Source: an uncultured Thermoleophilia bacterium
Lineage (GTDB): Bacteria > Actinomycetota > Thermoleophilia > UBA2241
Direction of reading: 5' to 3'
DNA length: 64,000 bases
NCBI GenBank assembly: GCA_963832655.1
Contig: CAWHUW010000006.1
Span: 252,403-316,402, forward strand
How positions within the stretch are numbered: the first letter of the stretch is position 1; every line of letters begins with the position of its first letter. The notes under the pieces were generated by a model that did no database searches, was not told the DNA's origin, and worked only from the letters and a program-made list of their open reading frames with translations. Shown here one piece after another: positions 48,906 to 60,087 of this stretch. The translations under genes and the position numbers were made by a program.

Positions 48906-49196
48906 TCAGTCGCGACCGGGCGCCTCCGGGAGGTTCTTGATGTTCTCGGCCGCGAGCCACTTGCTGTAGTTGTCCTGCATCGCGTCCATGAGCTCCTTCA
49001 TGAAGCGCGCCGACATGCTGACGCGCGACACGACGACGCCCTGGAGCTGCTCGCCCTCGCTGCCCTCATGATCGAGACGCACGAAGGTGATCGAGAACTC
49101 GTAGTCGGAGTGGCTCACGTTGGCGAAGTTGGCGTAGACGCCCGCCATCTGCTCGGGCGTGGCGTGCAGGTTGATGTGCCTCTCGCGGTCGTCCAT
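48906..49196 (-). CDS. DUF3467-like small protein
   Basis: In ORF 48906..49271; ATG at 49196 after GAGGAGGAG. INLHATPEQMAGVYANFANVSHSDYEFSITFVRLD. Confidence 0.6.
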   Translation of the reverse strand: MDDRERHINLHATPEQMAGVYANFANVSHSDYEFSITFVRLDHEGSEGEQLQGVVVSRVSMSARFMKELMDAMQDNYSKWLAAENIKNLPEAPGRD

Positions 49197-49295
49197 GTGC
49201 TCCTCCTCGCACCCGGCGGCCGAGGGTCGGCGGCCGCGCTGGGCGTCGGTGTGGGTGGCGCTTCGGCTCACCCTGCGTTGACCTGACTGTGTCGG

Positions 49296-50300
49296 TCAGG
49301 CCTGGATGCGGTCCGCGATCGCGGCGGCCATGGCCTGCGTCCCGGCGCTGCCGCCGAGGTCGTAGGTGACGTCGCGGCCCTCGGCGATGACGGCGGCGAT
49401 CGCGTCGTCCATCCGCCGCGCCGCCTCGGACTCGCCAAGGTGGTCCAGCATCAGGACGCCGCTGCGCAGCAGCGCCGTCGGGTCCACCTTGTCCTGCCCG
49501 GCGTACTTTGGCGCGCTGCCGTGCACCGGTTCGAACACGGCGGCCTCGGCGCCGATGTTCGCCCCCGGGGCGACGCCGAGGCCGCCGACCAGCCCGGCGC
49601 AGAGGTCGCTGACGATGTCGCCGTAGAGGTTGGGCAGCACGAGCACGTCGTACAGCTCGGGCTTCTGCACGAGCTGCATGCACATGTTGTCGACGATGCG
49701 GTCCTCGAACTCGATGTCCGGGTATGCTTCGGCGACCTCGCCGGCCACGCGCAGGAAGAGGCCGTCGGTGCACTTCATGATGTTGGCCTTGTGCACCGCC
49801 GTGACCTTGCGGCGCCCGTGCCGGCGGGCGTACTCGAAGGCGAAGCGCACGATGCGCTCGGTGCCGCGGCGGGTGATGATCTTGATGCTCTCCGCGGCGT
49901 CTTCCCCGACCATGTGCTCGATGCCCGCGTAGAGGTCCTCGGTGTTCTCGCGCACGACCACCAGGTCGATGCCCTCGAAGCGGCTGCGCACGCCGACGAG
50001 CGACTTCGCCGGCCGCAGGCAGGCGTACAGGTCGAGCTCCTTGCGCAGCGCCACGTTGACGCTGCGGAACCCGGTGCCGACCGGGGTCGTGATAGGGCCC
50101 TTGATGGCGACGCGGTTACGGCGCACCGAGGCGAGCACGTGCTCGGGCAGCGGCGTGCCGTAGTGCGCCATCACGTCGAGGCCGGCGTCCTGCCGGTCCC
50201 ACTCGATCGGCACGCCGGTCGCGGCGAGGACGGTCTCGAGCGCCTTGGCGAGCTCGGGCCCCGTGCCGTCGCCGGGGATCAGGGTCACGGTGTGGGTCAT
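49296..50300 (-). CDS. isocitrate/isopropylmalate dehydrogenase family enzyme (closest by eye to NAD-dependent IDH3-type)
   Basis: ORF 49296..50300: [100 protein letters not shown]. Confidence 0.8.
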   Translation of the reverse strand: MTHTVTLIPGDGTGPELAKALETVLAATGVPIEWDRQDAGLDVMAHYGTPLPEHVLASVRRNRVAIKGPITTPVGTGFRSVNVALRKELDLYACLRPAKSLVGVRSRFEGIDLVVVRENTEDLYAGIEHMVGEDAAESIKIITRRGTERIVRFAFEYARRHGRRKVTAVHKANIMKCTDGLFLRVAGEVAEAYPDIEFEDRIVDNMCMQLVQKPELYDVLVLPNLYGDIVSDLCAGLVGGLGVAPGANIGAEAAVFEPVHGSAPKYAGQDKVDPTALLRSGVLMLDHLGESEAARRMDDAIAAVIAEGRDVTYDLGGSAGTQAMAAAIADRIQA

Positions 50301-50301
50301 G

Positions 50302-50820
50302 TCATCCCTCCGGCAGGGCGAAGCCGCCGTGCTTCTTGACGTGGGCCACGAGGCCGCCGTCCTCGAGGATCGTGACCATGACGGGGGGCAACGGCACGAA
50401 GGGGACGACGGCGCCCGTCGTCAGGTCGCGCACCTCGCCGGCGGTCAAGTCGACCTCGAGCTCGTCGCCCTGGGCGATGGCGCTCGTGTCGCACTGCAGG
50501 GCGGGGAGCCCGACGTTGATCGCGTTGCGAAAGAAGATGCGCGCGAACGACTGCGCGAGGACGGCGCCGGCGCCGGCGAGCTTGATGATGCGCGGCGCGT
50601 GTTCACGGCTCGAGCCCAGTCCGAAGTTGCGTCCGCCGACGATGAAGTCGCCGGCGCGCATGCGCGCGGCGAAGTCCGGGTCGGCGTCCTCCATGACGTG
50701 CTTGGCCAGCGCGGGCAGATCCGTGCGCAGGTGGAAGAGGCGGCCGGGGGCGATGTGATCGGTCGAGATGTCGTCGCCGAAGGTCCAGGCGCGACCGCGC
50801 AAGGATGACGCGGAGGTCAC
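50302..50820 (-). CDS. leuD: 3-isopropylmalate/(homo)aconitate hydratase small subunit (LeuD-like)
   Basis: ORF 50302..50829; GTG at 50820 overlaps the PPIase stop (GTGA). [43 protein letters not shown]. Confidence 0.8.
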   Translation of the reverse strand: MTSASSLRGRAWTFGDDISTDHIAPGRLFHLRTDLPALAKHVMEDADPDFAARMRAGDFIVGGRNFGLGSSREHAPRIIKLAGAGAVLAQSFARIFFRNAINVGLPALQCDTSAIAQGDELEVDLTAGEVRDLTTGAVVPFVPLPPVMVTILEDGGLVAHVKKHGGFALPEG

Positions 50821-51338
50821 AGGGCCCACTCCTCCTCGACGATCGTGACGTTGTTCATCGCGACGCCCGGTTCCCGTGCGGCCATGGGGTCGCGCTCGGG
50901 GATCGCCATGACCACGTCGAGCCCGTCGACGACGCGCCCGAAGACGGCATGCCGGCCGTCCAGGTGCGGGGTCGCCACGTGGGTGATGAAGAACTGCGAC
51001 CCGTTGGTGTCGGGCCCGGCGTTGGCCATCGAGAGCACACCCGCCCCGTCGTGCTTGAGGTGAGGGTGGAACTCGTCGGCGAACCGGTAGCCGGGACCGC
51101 CACGGCCGGTGCCCGTCGGGTCGCCGCCCTGCACCATGAAGTCCTTGATGACACGGTGGAAGGTGCAGCCGTCGTAGAAGCCATCACGGGCGAGGAAGAC
51201 GAAGTTGTTCACCGTGTGCGGCACCTTGTCGGCGTACAGCTCGAGGACGATATCGCCCAGGTCGGTGGCGATCGTCGCCACGTAGCGCTTCGACGGGTCG
51301 ATCGTCAGCGATGGCGGGGCTTCATACTGCTTGGCCAC
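50817..51338 (-). CDS. ppiB: cyclophilin-type peptidyl-prolyl cis-trans isomerase
   Basis: ORF 50817..51338: [63 protein letters not shown]. Confidence 0.9.
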   Translation of the reverse strand: MAKQYEAPPSLTIDPSKRYVATIATDLGDIVLELYADKVPHTVNNFVFLARDGFYDGCTFHRVIKDFMVQGGDPTGTGRGGPGYRFADEFHPHLKHDGAGVLSMANAGPDTNGSQFFITHVATPHLDGRHAVFGRVVDGLDVVMAIPERDPMAAREPGVAMNNVTIVEEEWAL

Positions 51339-51353
51339 GGGAGTCCTCCTTGC

Positions 51354-52615
51354 CTAGAGCAGCTCGCGTGGGTCACGGATGGCGCCGGCGATCGCCGTCG
51401 CGGCGGCCGTCGCCGGTGATGCGAGATAGATGGACGCCTCGGGGTTGCCCATGCGTCCCTTGAAGTTGCGGTTCGCGGTGCTGACGCAGACCTCGCCGTC
51501 ACCGAGGATGCCTTCGTGGATGCCGACGCAGGCGCCGCACCCGGGGTTGGTCACCACGGCGCCGGCCTCCCAGAAGACCTCGAGCAGGCCCTCACGCGCG
51601 GCGGCTCGGACGACGTCGCGCGAGGCGGGCGTCACGATGAGACGGGTGGATGGCGCGCGGCGGCGCCCGCGCAGCACGTCCGCCGCCGCGCGCAGGTCCT
51701 CGAGGCGTCCGTTGGTGCACGTCCCGATCAGCACCTGGTCGACGCGCACGTCGCCGAGCGATCCAGCCGGAGCGACGTTGTCGACGGCGTGCGGACGCGC
51801 CACCGTCGGCACGACGGCGGCGGCGTCGAAGGGGGCGACGCGCGCGCAGGCGGCACCGGGGTCGGCCGCGAGAGGCCGCCAGTCGGCCTCGCGGCCCTGC
51901 GCGGCGAGAAAGGCGCGCGTCGTCTCGTCGCTGGCGATGAGGCCGGCCTTGGCGCCGGTCTCGACGGCCATGTTCGCGAGCGTGAGCCGGCCGGCCATGC
52001 CGAGGGCATCGATGGCCGGCCCGCCGAACTCGAGCGCCTGGTACGTCGCGCCGTCGGCGCCAAGCGCGCCGATGATGCGTCAGCATGAGGTCCTTGGCGG
52101 CGACGCCCTCGGTCGAGCGCGCCGGCTACCTCGACACGCACCGTCTCGGGCACGCGCAACCAGGTCTTGCCGCTCACCATGCCGACCGCGACGTCGGTGG
52201 AGCCCATGCCGGTCGCGAAGGCGGCGAGCGCCCCCGCAGTGCACGTGTGCGAGTCGGCGCCGATCACGAGGTCGCCGGGCTTGGCGTAGCTCTCGGCGAC
52301 GCGCTGATGACAGATGCCCATCTCGACGTCGGAAAGCGTCGCTCCGGACTCGGCGCAGAAGGCGCGGATCGTGCGCTGCGCGTTGGCGAGCTCGCTGCGC
52401 GGGGCCGGCGCCGCGTGATCGATGAAGAACACGCACGTCGGCGCCTTGACCCGCGCCGCGCCGAGCTCCTCGATCTGCTGGATCGCGAGGGGACCCGGTC
52501 CCGTCCTGGGCGATGCGCCACGTCGACGTCGGCGACGACGATCTGACCAGGCACGACGGCGTCGAGGCCGGCGTGCGCGGCGATGCAGCTTCTCGGCGAG
52601 GGTGAGGCCGCTCAC
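51354..52615 (-). CDS. leuC: 3-isopropylmalate/(homo)aconitate hydratase large subunit (LeuC-like), several frame breaks
   Basis: GTG at 52615 overlaps the upstream stop (GTGA). FIDHAAPAP..GICHQRVAESYAKPGDLVIGADSHTCTAGALAAFATGMG (51728..52915 frame). ORF 51354..51998: RLTLANMAVETGAKAG..IGTCTNGR..NPGCGACVG..STANRNFKGRMG. TAG stop. Confidence 0.8.
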
Positions 52616-53879
52616 GCGTCGCCCTTCTCTGCCGCCTGGTCGGCCACCGCGGCCGCATCCGCCGCCGCCGCGGCCGCGCGCCCGCCGTTGCCCACGGGCA
52701 CCGCCTCGCCGAGGCGCACGAGGTAGTCGTGGTAGATGTACATGAGCTCCTTGTCGAAGAGCGCACGCTTGAGCTCGACGGCGGTCTTGCGCACCAGCTC
52801 GAGGATGCCGTCGCAGTCCGCCTTGGTCGAGCTCGATGCCGAACTCCTGGAACTTGCGGTAGATGGTGCGCGAGCCGGAGTGCTTGCCGACGACGATCTG
52901 GCGCTCGAGCCCCACGTCCTCGGGAGCGAAGGCCTCGTAGTTGAGCGGGTTCTTGATGACGCCGTCGGCGTGGATGCCCGGACTCGTGCGCGAACACGTT
53001 GGTGCCGACGATCGACTTCCACGCCGGGATCGAGCGCGCGGAGGCGGCGGCGACGTACTCGCTGAGCTCGCGGAAGCGCGCCGTCTGCAGGCCCAGGTCC
53101 ACCTTGCCGAGGTGCTTGAGCGCCATGACGACCTCTTCGAGGGCGGCGTTGCCGGCGCGCTCGCCGAGGCCGTTGACGGTCGTGTTCACGTAGGTCGCCC
53201 CCGCCTTGATGCCGGCGAGCGCGTTGGCCGTCGCCATGCCGAAGTCGTTGTGCGTGTGCATCTCGATGGTCAGGCCGTGGCGCTTGAGGAAGCTGATGAC
53301 GTTGAAGGTGTCGAACGGGTCGAGGATGCCGAGCGTGTCGCAGAAGCGCAGGCGGTCGGCGCCCTCCTCTTTGGCCGCCTGGCCGAAGCGCAGCAGGAAC
53401 TCGAGGTCGGAGCGCGAGGCGTCCTCGGCGTTCACCGAGACGTAGAGGTCCTTCGACTTGGCGAAGGCGACGCACTCCCTGATCTGGTCGAGGACCCACT
53501 GACGCGACTTCTGCAGCTTGTGCTCGATGTGGATGTCGCTCGCCGACATCGAGATCGCGACCGCGTCCACCCCGCAGTCCATGGAGTGCTGGATGTCGGC
53601 GGCCACGGCCCGGTTCCAGGCCAGGATCGAGGTGTCGAGCCCGAGGTCGACGATCTGCGCGATCGTCGCCTTCTCGTCGCCGCCCATCGCCGGGATGCCC
53701 ACCTCGATCTGGTGGACCCCGACCTCGTCGAGCAGCTTGGCGATGCGGATCTTCTCGTGGTTCGAGAAGACGACGCCGGCCGTCTGCTCGCCGTCGCGCA
53801 GCGTGGTGTCGTCGATGTAGACCGCCGGCTCTGCCGGCTGGACCGGCTCGATGACGAAGCTCCTGAGGTCGCTGGTCAT
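52612..53879 (-). CDS. LeuA/NifV family acetyl-CoA:2-oxoacid condensing enzyme (2-isopropylmalate / citramalate / homocitrate / Re-citrate synthase family), frame breaks in the 3' third
   Basis: ORF 52080..53885; ATG at 53879 after GAGAGG. DTTLRDGEQTAGVVFS, IEVGIPAMG, EMHTHNDFGMATANALAGI, VNGLGERAGNAALEEV, FAHESG. Continues as IHADG../GLERQIVVGKHSG (51728..52915 frame) and a C-terminus in the 52612..53499 frame. About 420 aa, with no long LeuA regulatory domain evident. Confidence 0.75.
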
Positions 53880-53919
53880 GTTCACCTCTCTGCCACGAAT
53901 GAACGCCCCGCGCGACGGG

Positions 53920-55405
53920 CTACCCGTCCAGCGCCTTGCGCAGGAGCTCGTTGACGAGCTTGGGGTTGGCGCGGCCGCCGGTCACCTTCATCACCTGTCC
54001 GACGAGATACCCGATGACCTGCTGCTTGCCGCCGCGGTACTGCTCGACCTGGGCCGGATTGCCGGCGACGACCTCGGCGACGGCCGCCTCGAGCTGCGCG
54101 CTGTCGGAGATCTGGCCGAGCCCGTGGCTCTCGACGATCGCCTCGGGCTCGGCCCGCTCGGCGATCATCTTCGCGAACACGTCCTTGGCGGCGCTCGTGG
54201 ACACAGCCCCGTCGGCCACCAGTCGAACGAGCTTCGCGAGGCGCTCCGGGGTCACGTGGCCGTGGCCGGGCTCGAGGCCGGCGGCGTTGAGGTGGGCGAG
54301 GTACTCGCCCATCGTCCAGTTGGCGGCCAGCTTGGGGTCGACGCCCTGGGCGACGACCCCCTCGTAGAAGCGCGCCAGAGCGCCGGCCCCGCCGAGCACG
54401 ACGGCATCGGCGCGCGAGAGCCCGTATTGCTCCGTGAAGCGGGCGATGCGCGCGCCGGGCAGCTCGGGCAGGCCGGCGCGCACGCTCTCGACCCAGTCCG
54501 GGTCCATCACCAGCGGCACCAGATCGGGCTCGGGGAAGTAGCGGTAGTCGTGCGCCTCCTCCTTGGAGCGCAGCGGTGTCGTCGTGCCGGTCGCGGGATC
54601 GAAGTGGAGGGTCTCCTGGTCGATCCTGCCGCCGGCCTCGAGGATCTCGACCTGGCGCGGCAGCTCGCTCTCGAGGGCCTGCTGCAGGTAGCGGAAGCTG
54701 TTCATGTTCTTGAGCTCGGTGCGCGTGCCGAGCTCGGCGCTGCCCGACCGGGCGGACGCTGATGTTGGCGTCCCAGCGCACCTGGCCCTCCTCCATGTTG
54801 CACTCGCTCACGCCGAGCTCGATCACGAGGTCGCGGAGCTGCTGGAGGAACTCGCGCGCCGCCGCCGGCGAGGGGATGTCGGGCTCGCTGACGATCTCGA
54901 TCAGCGGCGTGCCGCCGCGATTGAAGTCGACGACCGAGTAGTCCGAGCCGGCGATGCGGCCGGTCTCGCCGCCGGCGTGGACCAGCTTGGCGGCGTCCTC
55001 CTCCATGTGCACACGGCTGATGCGGCAGCGCAGCTTCTCGTCGCCGGCCCAGTACTCGAACCAGCCGTCCACGGCGAGCGGCTCGTCGAACTGCGAGATC
55101 TGGTACGCCTTCGGGAGGTCGGGATAGAAGTAGTTCTTGCGGTGGAACACGTTGCGCGGCCGCACCGTGCAGTTGAGCGCCAGCGCGATGCGCGTCGCGT
55201 ACTCGACGGCGCGCTGGTTGACGACGGGCAGCGCGCCCGGGTGCGCGAGGCAGACCGGGCAGGTGTGCGTGTTCGGCGGGTCGCCCTTGGTCACCGCGCA
55301 GGCGCAGAACATCTTCGTCGCGGTGTCGAGCTCGACGTGGACCTCGAGGCCGATCACCGGCTCCCAGGCGCGGGTCGTGCCTTGCAGGACCGCCGTCGTG
55401 CCCAT
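53920..55405 (-). CDS. gatB: Asp-tRNA(Asn)/Glu-tRNA(Gln) amidotransferase subunit B, one frame break near 54745
   Basis: N-terminal half in the ORF 53882..56500 frame: WEPVIGLEVHVEL..CPVCLAHPGALPV..FHRKNYFYPDLPKAYQISQ..MEEDAAK..DFNRGGTPLIEIV. C-terminal half in ORF 53920..54705: MNSFRYLQ..YRYFPEPDL... TAG stop. Confidence 0.85.
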
Positions 55406-56934
55406 CACTGCCCCCCTCGCCGGCCGGGCCGGAGCTCGCCGTCCGGCGCCCCGGCCGCGGCCGTCCCGGCGCTCGAGTCGCGCAAGGACGGCGTGGGCTC
55501 GAACCCGATCGCCGCCTCGAGGGCGTGCGCCGCGTTCAGGATGCGGTTCTCGCTGAACGCGGGACCGATGAGCTGGAAGCCGACCGGCAGGCCGTCGCTC
55601 AGGCCGCAGGGGACGCTGATCGCCGGCAGGCCGGCGAGGTTCACCGGGATCGTGCAGATGTCGCTCATGTACATCGCCAGCGGGTCGTCGGTCCGCGAAC
55701 CGACCTTGAAGGCCACGGTGGGCGACGTCGGCGAGGCGACGAGGTCGACCTCTTCGAACACGGTCTCGAAGTCGCGGCGCACGAGCGTGCGTACGCGCTG
55801 GGCGCGCCCGTAGTAGGCGTCGTAGTAGCCTGCCGAGAGCGCGTACGTGCCGATCATGATGCGGCGCTTGACCTCGGCCCCGAAGCCCTCGCCGCGCGTG
55901 CGCTCGTACATCGTGGTGAGGTCGTCGGCGTCGGCGGCCCGGTGGCCGTAGCGCACGCCGTCGAAGCGCGCGAGGTTCGCGCTCGCCTCGGCCGGGGCGA
56001 TGATGTAGTAGGCGGGCAGCGCGTACTGGGTGTGCGGCAGGCTCACCTCGACGCAGCGCCCGCCGAGCTCCTCGACGCGCGCCGCCGTCTCGTCGAAGCG
56101 GGCGCGCACGCCGGGCTCGATGCCGGCGGCGAGGTACTCTCGCGGGATGCCGACGCGCATGCCGTCGAGTCGCCCGGCGGTGGGCAGCTCGATCGGCGCC
56201 GGCAGCGCGACGCTCGTCGCGTCGCGGGGGTCCTTGCCGACGATGTGCTGCAGGAGCAGGGCGCAGTCGTAGACCGAGCGCGTCAGCGGCCCGATCTGGT
56301 CGAGCGAGCTGGCGAAGGCGACGAGCCCGTAGCGCGACACGGCCCCGTACGTGGGCTTCATGCCGACGATGCCGCACAGGGCGGCCGGCTGGCGGATGGA
56401 GCCGCCCGTGTCCGACCCCAGGGCCCACAGCGCCTCGCCGGCGGCCACCGCGGCGGCGGAGCCGCCGCTCGAGCCGCCGGGCACGGTGGCGAGGTCCCAC
56501 GGGTTGCGCGTCGTCTGGAAGCCCGAGTTCTCGGTGGACGAACCCATCGCGAACTCGTCCAGGTTCGTCTTGCCGAGCATGACGACGTGGTCGTCCCAGA
56601 GCTGACGCACGGCGGTGGCGGTGTACACGGGCATGTAGTTGTGCAGGATCCGCGAGGCGCAGGTCGTGGTGACGCCCTCGGTCACCATGTTGTCCTTGAC
56701 GGCGATCGGCAGTCCGGCGAGCGGGCCGCGCATCGCCTGCATCTCGCGGTCGACCTTGGTCGAGTACTTCGCCGCGTTGTCGGCGGTGACGACGATGTAG
56801 GCGTGCACCCTGTCTTCGACGGCGGCGATCTGGTCCAGATAGGCCTTGGTGAGCTCCGCCGCCGAGACCTCGCCGTCGACGAGCAGCTTCTTGGCCTCGC
56901 GCGCCGTGAGGCGCAGCGTGTCGAGCGAACCCAC
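55405..56934 (-). CDS. gatA: Glu-tRNA(Gln) amidotransferase subunit A
   Basis: ORF 55405..56934, GTG start. Amidase signature GGSSGGSAAAVAAG, KDN, GSDTGGSIRQPA. Confidence 0.92.
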   Translation of the reverse strand: MGSLDTLRLTAREAKKLLVDGEVSAAELTKAYLDQIAAVEDRVHAYIVVTADNAAKYSTKVDREMQAMRGPLAGLPIAVKDNMVTEGVTTTCASRILHNYMPVYTATAVRQLWDDHVVMLGKTNLDEFAMGSSTENSGFQTTRNPWDLATVPGGSSGGSAAAVAAGEALWALGSDTGGSIRQPAALCGIVGMKPTYGAVSRYGLVAFASSLDQIGPLTRSVYDCALLLQHIVGKDPRDATSVALPAPIELPTAGRLDGMRVGIPREYLAAGIEPGVRARFDETAARVEELGGRCVEVSLPHTQYALPAYYIIAPAEASANLARFDGVRYGHRAADADDLTTMYERTRGEGFGAEVKRRIMIGTYALSAGYYDAYYGRAQRVRTLVRRDFETVFEEVDLVASPTSPTVAFKVGSRTDDPLAMYMSDICTIPVNLAGLPAISVPCGLSDGLPVGFQLIGPAFSENRILNAAHALEAAIGFEPTPSLRDSSAGTAAAGAPDGELRPGRRGGQ

Positions 56935-56935
56935 G

Positions 56936-57217
56936 TCAGCCCATCCTGGGGACGCGGAAGGAATCGTCGGTCACGGCCGGAGCGTTGCGGAGCGCCTCTG
57001 CGCGAGGCAGCCCCTCCTCGACGCGGTCGGGGCGGGTGACGTCGACGACGTCGAGCACGTGCGCCGTCGGCGGGACCGCGTCGGTATCCAGCTCGGACAT
57101 CTTGTCGATGTGGGCGAGGATCTTGCCGAGCTCACCCGTCATGCGCTGCATCTCGTCCTGCTCGAGGTGGAGCCGGGCGAGCCTGGCGACGTAGCGGACG
57201 TCGTCTTCACCGATCAT
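56936..57217 (-). CDS. gatC: Glu-tRNA(Gln) amidotransferase subunit C
   Basis: In ORF 56936..57286; ATG at 57217 after GGGAGGAG. VRYVARLARLHLEQDEMQRMTGELGKILAHIDKMSELDT. Confidence 0.85.
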   Translation of the reverse strand: MIGEDDVRYVARLARLHLEQDEMQRMTGELGKILAHIDKMSELDTDAVPPTAHVLDVVDVTRPDRVEEGLPRAEALRNAPAVTDDSFRVPRMG

Positions 57218-57312
57218 GGTGTGCTCCTCCCTCGCGCGACGGCCGCTGGGACAGGGCCCTCGCGGCCGGGGTCGCGGGGACGGCAATCTTACCCCGAGGA
57301 GCCTGCGAGGAA

Positions 57313-57351
57313 CAAGAAAAGGGGCCCTCCGGCTGACGCCGGGGGCCCCTC
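57313..57351 (-). terminator. rho-independent terminator after the csp gene
   Basis: Minus strand GGGGCCCCCGG..CCGGAGGGCCCC hairpin (57321..57350) followed by TTTTCTTG. Confidence 0.7.
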
Positions 57352-57371
57352 GTGGTCAGACGAAGGTAGAC

Positions 57372-57575
57372 TCAGCCGACGGGCATCACGTGCGAAGCCT
57401 GCAGGCCTTTGTCGCCCTGCGTGACCTCGAACTCAACGCGCTGTCCCTGGACCAGGGTCTTGTATCCGTCCATCGTGATCTCGGAGAAGTGGACGAACAG
57501 ATCGTCGCCGTCCTCCCGCTCGATGAACCCGTAGCCCTTCTCGTTGCTGAACCACTTAACGGTCCCCTGCGCCAA
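57372..57575 (-). CDS. cspA: cold-shock protein (CspA family)
   Basis: Tail of ORF 57372..57749; TTG at 57575 after [57 protein letters not shown]. Confidence 0.9.
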   Translation of the reverse strand: MAQGTVKWFSNEKGYGFIEREDGDDLFVHFSEITMDGYKTLVQGQRVEFEVTQGDKGLQASHVMPVG

Positions 57576-57778
57576 AACCTCTCCTCCTGATGAATCAACT
57601 CGTGCCGGCCCGATATGGCCAACGGAGCCCCCCATGGCGCACCGTACGCACGCAGGGCAATGTACATCACGTGGGGAGGCTGCGGCAAGGGCGGCGTGCG
57701 CGCAAGCGGGAATGGCCGTAGACCGGGCGGGCGACGCGAGACCCCTCAAAGCGCCTCTTCGCCTGCCTCAGCCGGCCG

Positions 57779-58428
57779 TCAGGACACCTCGCCGGCCTCC
57801 TCCCCAGCCTCGGCCAGTGAGCGCTCGAGCATGCGCGCCCAGAGCCGGTACAGCGCCTCGAGATCGACGCCCGCGGGGTCGAGGAGCTTCTGCACGGCGA
57901 GGCCGTCGGTCATGGCGGCCATGAGATGGGCGTGCGCCGGCAGCGTCGGCCGCACGCCTCCGCGTCCTCGCCGTCGAGCGCGCGCACGTAGAGGGCGCGG
58001 TACCAGTCGTAGAGCCTGGCGACGCGCCGGCGCAGCTCTTCGTCGCGCAGGGCGTGGGGCAGGATAGTGAAGAAGTCGCGGAACGAACCGAGGTCCTCGG
58101 CAAGACGCCGGTCGGCGTCGACCAGGGCGCGCACGCGCTCGGCTCCGGCGGGCAGGTCGCGCGTCTTGAGCGCTCCCTCGAGGCTCTGCTCGTGCGCCAG
58201 GGCGTCGACCACGGTGGCGATGAAGGCCGCTTTGCTGCCAAAGTAGTAGCGCACCGCATCGCGGTACGCGCCCGCCTCGGCGGCCACCGCCTCGACGGTC
58301 AGCGCCTCGAACCCGCCGCGCGCCAGCAGACGGCGCGCGGCGGCCACGAGGCGCCGCGCCGTCGGCGAGAGCTCCGCCACCGGGTCGCCCGCCTGGGGAA
58401 GTGACTTCTCGACCGCGTCTTTCGTCAT
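57779..58428 (-). CDS. TetR family transcriptional regulator, one frame break near 57960
   Basis: In ORF 57910..58485; ATG at 58428. RRLVAAARRLLARGGFEALTVEAVAAEAGAYRDAVRYYFGSKAAF. The C-terminal end is in the ORF 57779..58573 frame. Confidence 0.7.
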
Positions 58429-58592
58429 GTCCCGCGCGCCCCTTTCGGCCCCGCGCGCGGTTTCCCCCGCGCCCTTGCGCACCATCGTCAGGTGAGATAT
58501 CCTGCCCTCGCGTTTTTCGGTCGGGTGTACGAACTATACCGCAAAACCAAGAGAAATGGGCTGCCGGGCCCATTCTGGAGCAGGGGGATCAA

Positions 58593-59987
58593 GTGGACGA
58601 ACAGCTTCGCCAGCAAGTCCTTGCCGAGTCCGGCAAGGCGCTCGACCTCATGCAGACGCGCGACGTGACGCCCGAGAAGCAGGAGGCCGTCATCCGCGAC
58701 TGCATCGAGAACTTCGACAAGTACGTCAACCCGGGGATCCTGGAGTACCGCAAGTCGGTCTCGACCGACTACGCGGCAGTCGAGTGGCGCGACGAGGGCA
58801 ACTGCTTCTACGACATCCACGGCAACGAGTTCATCGACTGCCTCGGCGGCTTCGGCATCTACATGCTCGGTCACCGCCACCCCACCGTGAAGGACGCCGT
58901 GCAGGCCCAGTTGCAGCACCAGGCCCTGCACTCCCAGGAGCTGCTCGACCCCATGCGCGGCTACGCCAGCAAGCTGCTCGCCATGACCACCCCGGGCAAG
59001 CTGCAGTACTCGTTCTTCTGCAACTCGGGGACCGAGGCGAACGAAGGAGCGATGAAGCTGGCGAAGCTCTACTGGAACCACAAGAAGCCGGACCACAAGA
59101 ACGGCATGATCGCCTGCACGCGCGGCTTCCACGGCAAGTCGATGGGCTCTCTCAGCGTGAGCGGCAAGGGTGAGTTCCGCGACGCCTTCTACCCGCTCCT
59201 GCCCGGCGTCCGCTTCATCCCCTACGGCGACGCCGACGCGCTCGACAAGGAGCTCGGCATCTGCGACATGATCGGCCTCGACATCGCCGCCTTCATCGTC
59301 GAGCCCGTGCAGGGCGAGGCCGGCGCCATCGTCCCGCCCGACGACTACTTCCCCACGGTGCGCGAGATCTGCGACAAGTGGGGCGTGCTGCTCATCGTCG
59401 ACGAGGTACAGACAGGCATGGGTCGCACGGGCACCCTGTGGGGCATCGAGAACTGGGACTGCCCGCCCGACATCATGACCATGGGCAAGGCGCTCGGCGG
59501 CGCCGTCATCCCGGTGGGCAACTTCATGGCCACGCCCGAGGTCTTCGAAGCGATGTTCGAGAACCCCTACATCCACACGACGACCTTCGGCGGCAACCCA
59601 ATGGCGACCGCGGCGATCATCGGCGCCCTCCACGCCACGATCGAGGAGGACATCCCGGGGCAGGCGGCGAGCAAGGGCGCCTGGCTCAAGGGGCAGTTCG
59701 AGGACCTGATGAAGCGCTACGGCGACGTCCTCGTCGACGTGCGCGGACTCGGGCTCCTCATCGGCCTCGAGTTCGTCACCCCCGAGTTCGGCTACGCGAT
59801 GAGCACCGGGCTGTTCGGCGAGGGCGTGCTCGTGGGCGGCACGCTCTTCAACGCCAAGACCTTCCGCATCGAGCCGCCGGCGACGCTCACCCGGGAGCAG
59901 ATGGACCAGATCGTCGAGCGCGTCGAGCGCGTGCTCGTGGCGACGCGCGAGAAGCACCTCAAGGGCGAGCTCGAAGCGCTGCACTGA
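58593..59987 (+). CDS. patA: class III aminotransferase, putrescine aminotransferase (PatA/YgjG)-like
   Basis: In ORF 58401..59987; GTG at 58593. Colinear with remembered E. coli PatA: NPGILEYRKSV, EFIDCLGGFGIYMLGHRHP, LHSQELLDP, PGKLQYSFFCNSGTEA, FHGKS, DEVQTGMGRTG, MGKALGGAVIP, HTTTFGGNP, FRIEPP. Confidence 0.85.
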   Translation: MDEQLRQQVLAESGKALDLMQTRDVTPEKQEAVIRDCIENFDKYVNPGILEYRKSVSTDYAAVEWRDEGNCFYDIHGNEFIDCLGGFGIYMLGHRHPTVKDAVQAQLQHQALHSQELLDPMRGYASKLLAMTTPGKLQYSFFCNSGTEANEGAMKLAKLYWNHKKPDHKNGMIACTRGFHGKSMGSLSVSGKGEFRDAFYPLLPGVRFIPYGDADALDKELGICDMIGLDIAAFIVEPVQGEAGAIVPPDDYFPTVREICDKWGVLLIVDEVQTGMGRTGTLWGIENWDCPPDIMTMGKALGGAVIPVGNFMATPEVFEAMFENPYIHTTTFGGNPMATAAIIGALHATIEEDIPGQAASKGAWLKGQFEDLMKRYGDVLVDVRGLGLLIGLEFVTPEFGYAMSTGLFGEGVLVGGTLFNAKTFRIEPPATLTREQMDQIVERVERVLVATREKHLKGELEALH

Positions 59988-60009
59988 CGGGCCCGTCAGA
60001 CGCACGAAC

Positions 60010-60049
60010 GACGACGGGGGCGGCGCCTCGCGGCGCCGCCCCCGTCGTC
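60010..60049. terminator. bidirectional hairpin terminator
   Basis: 18-bp perfect stem GACGACGGGGGCGGCGCC/GGCGCCGCCCCCGTCGTC with a 4-nt loop, followed by TTGTCTTG. It lies between convergent genes. Confidence 0.7.
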
Positions 60050-60087
60050 TTGTCTTGCTCGGGCCCGCCAGGCGGGCCTGCTGAGAT

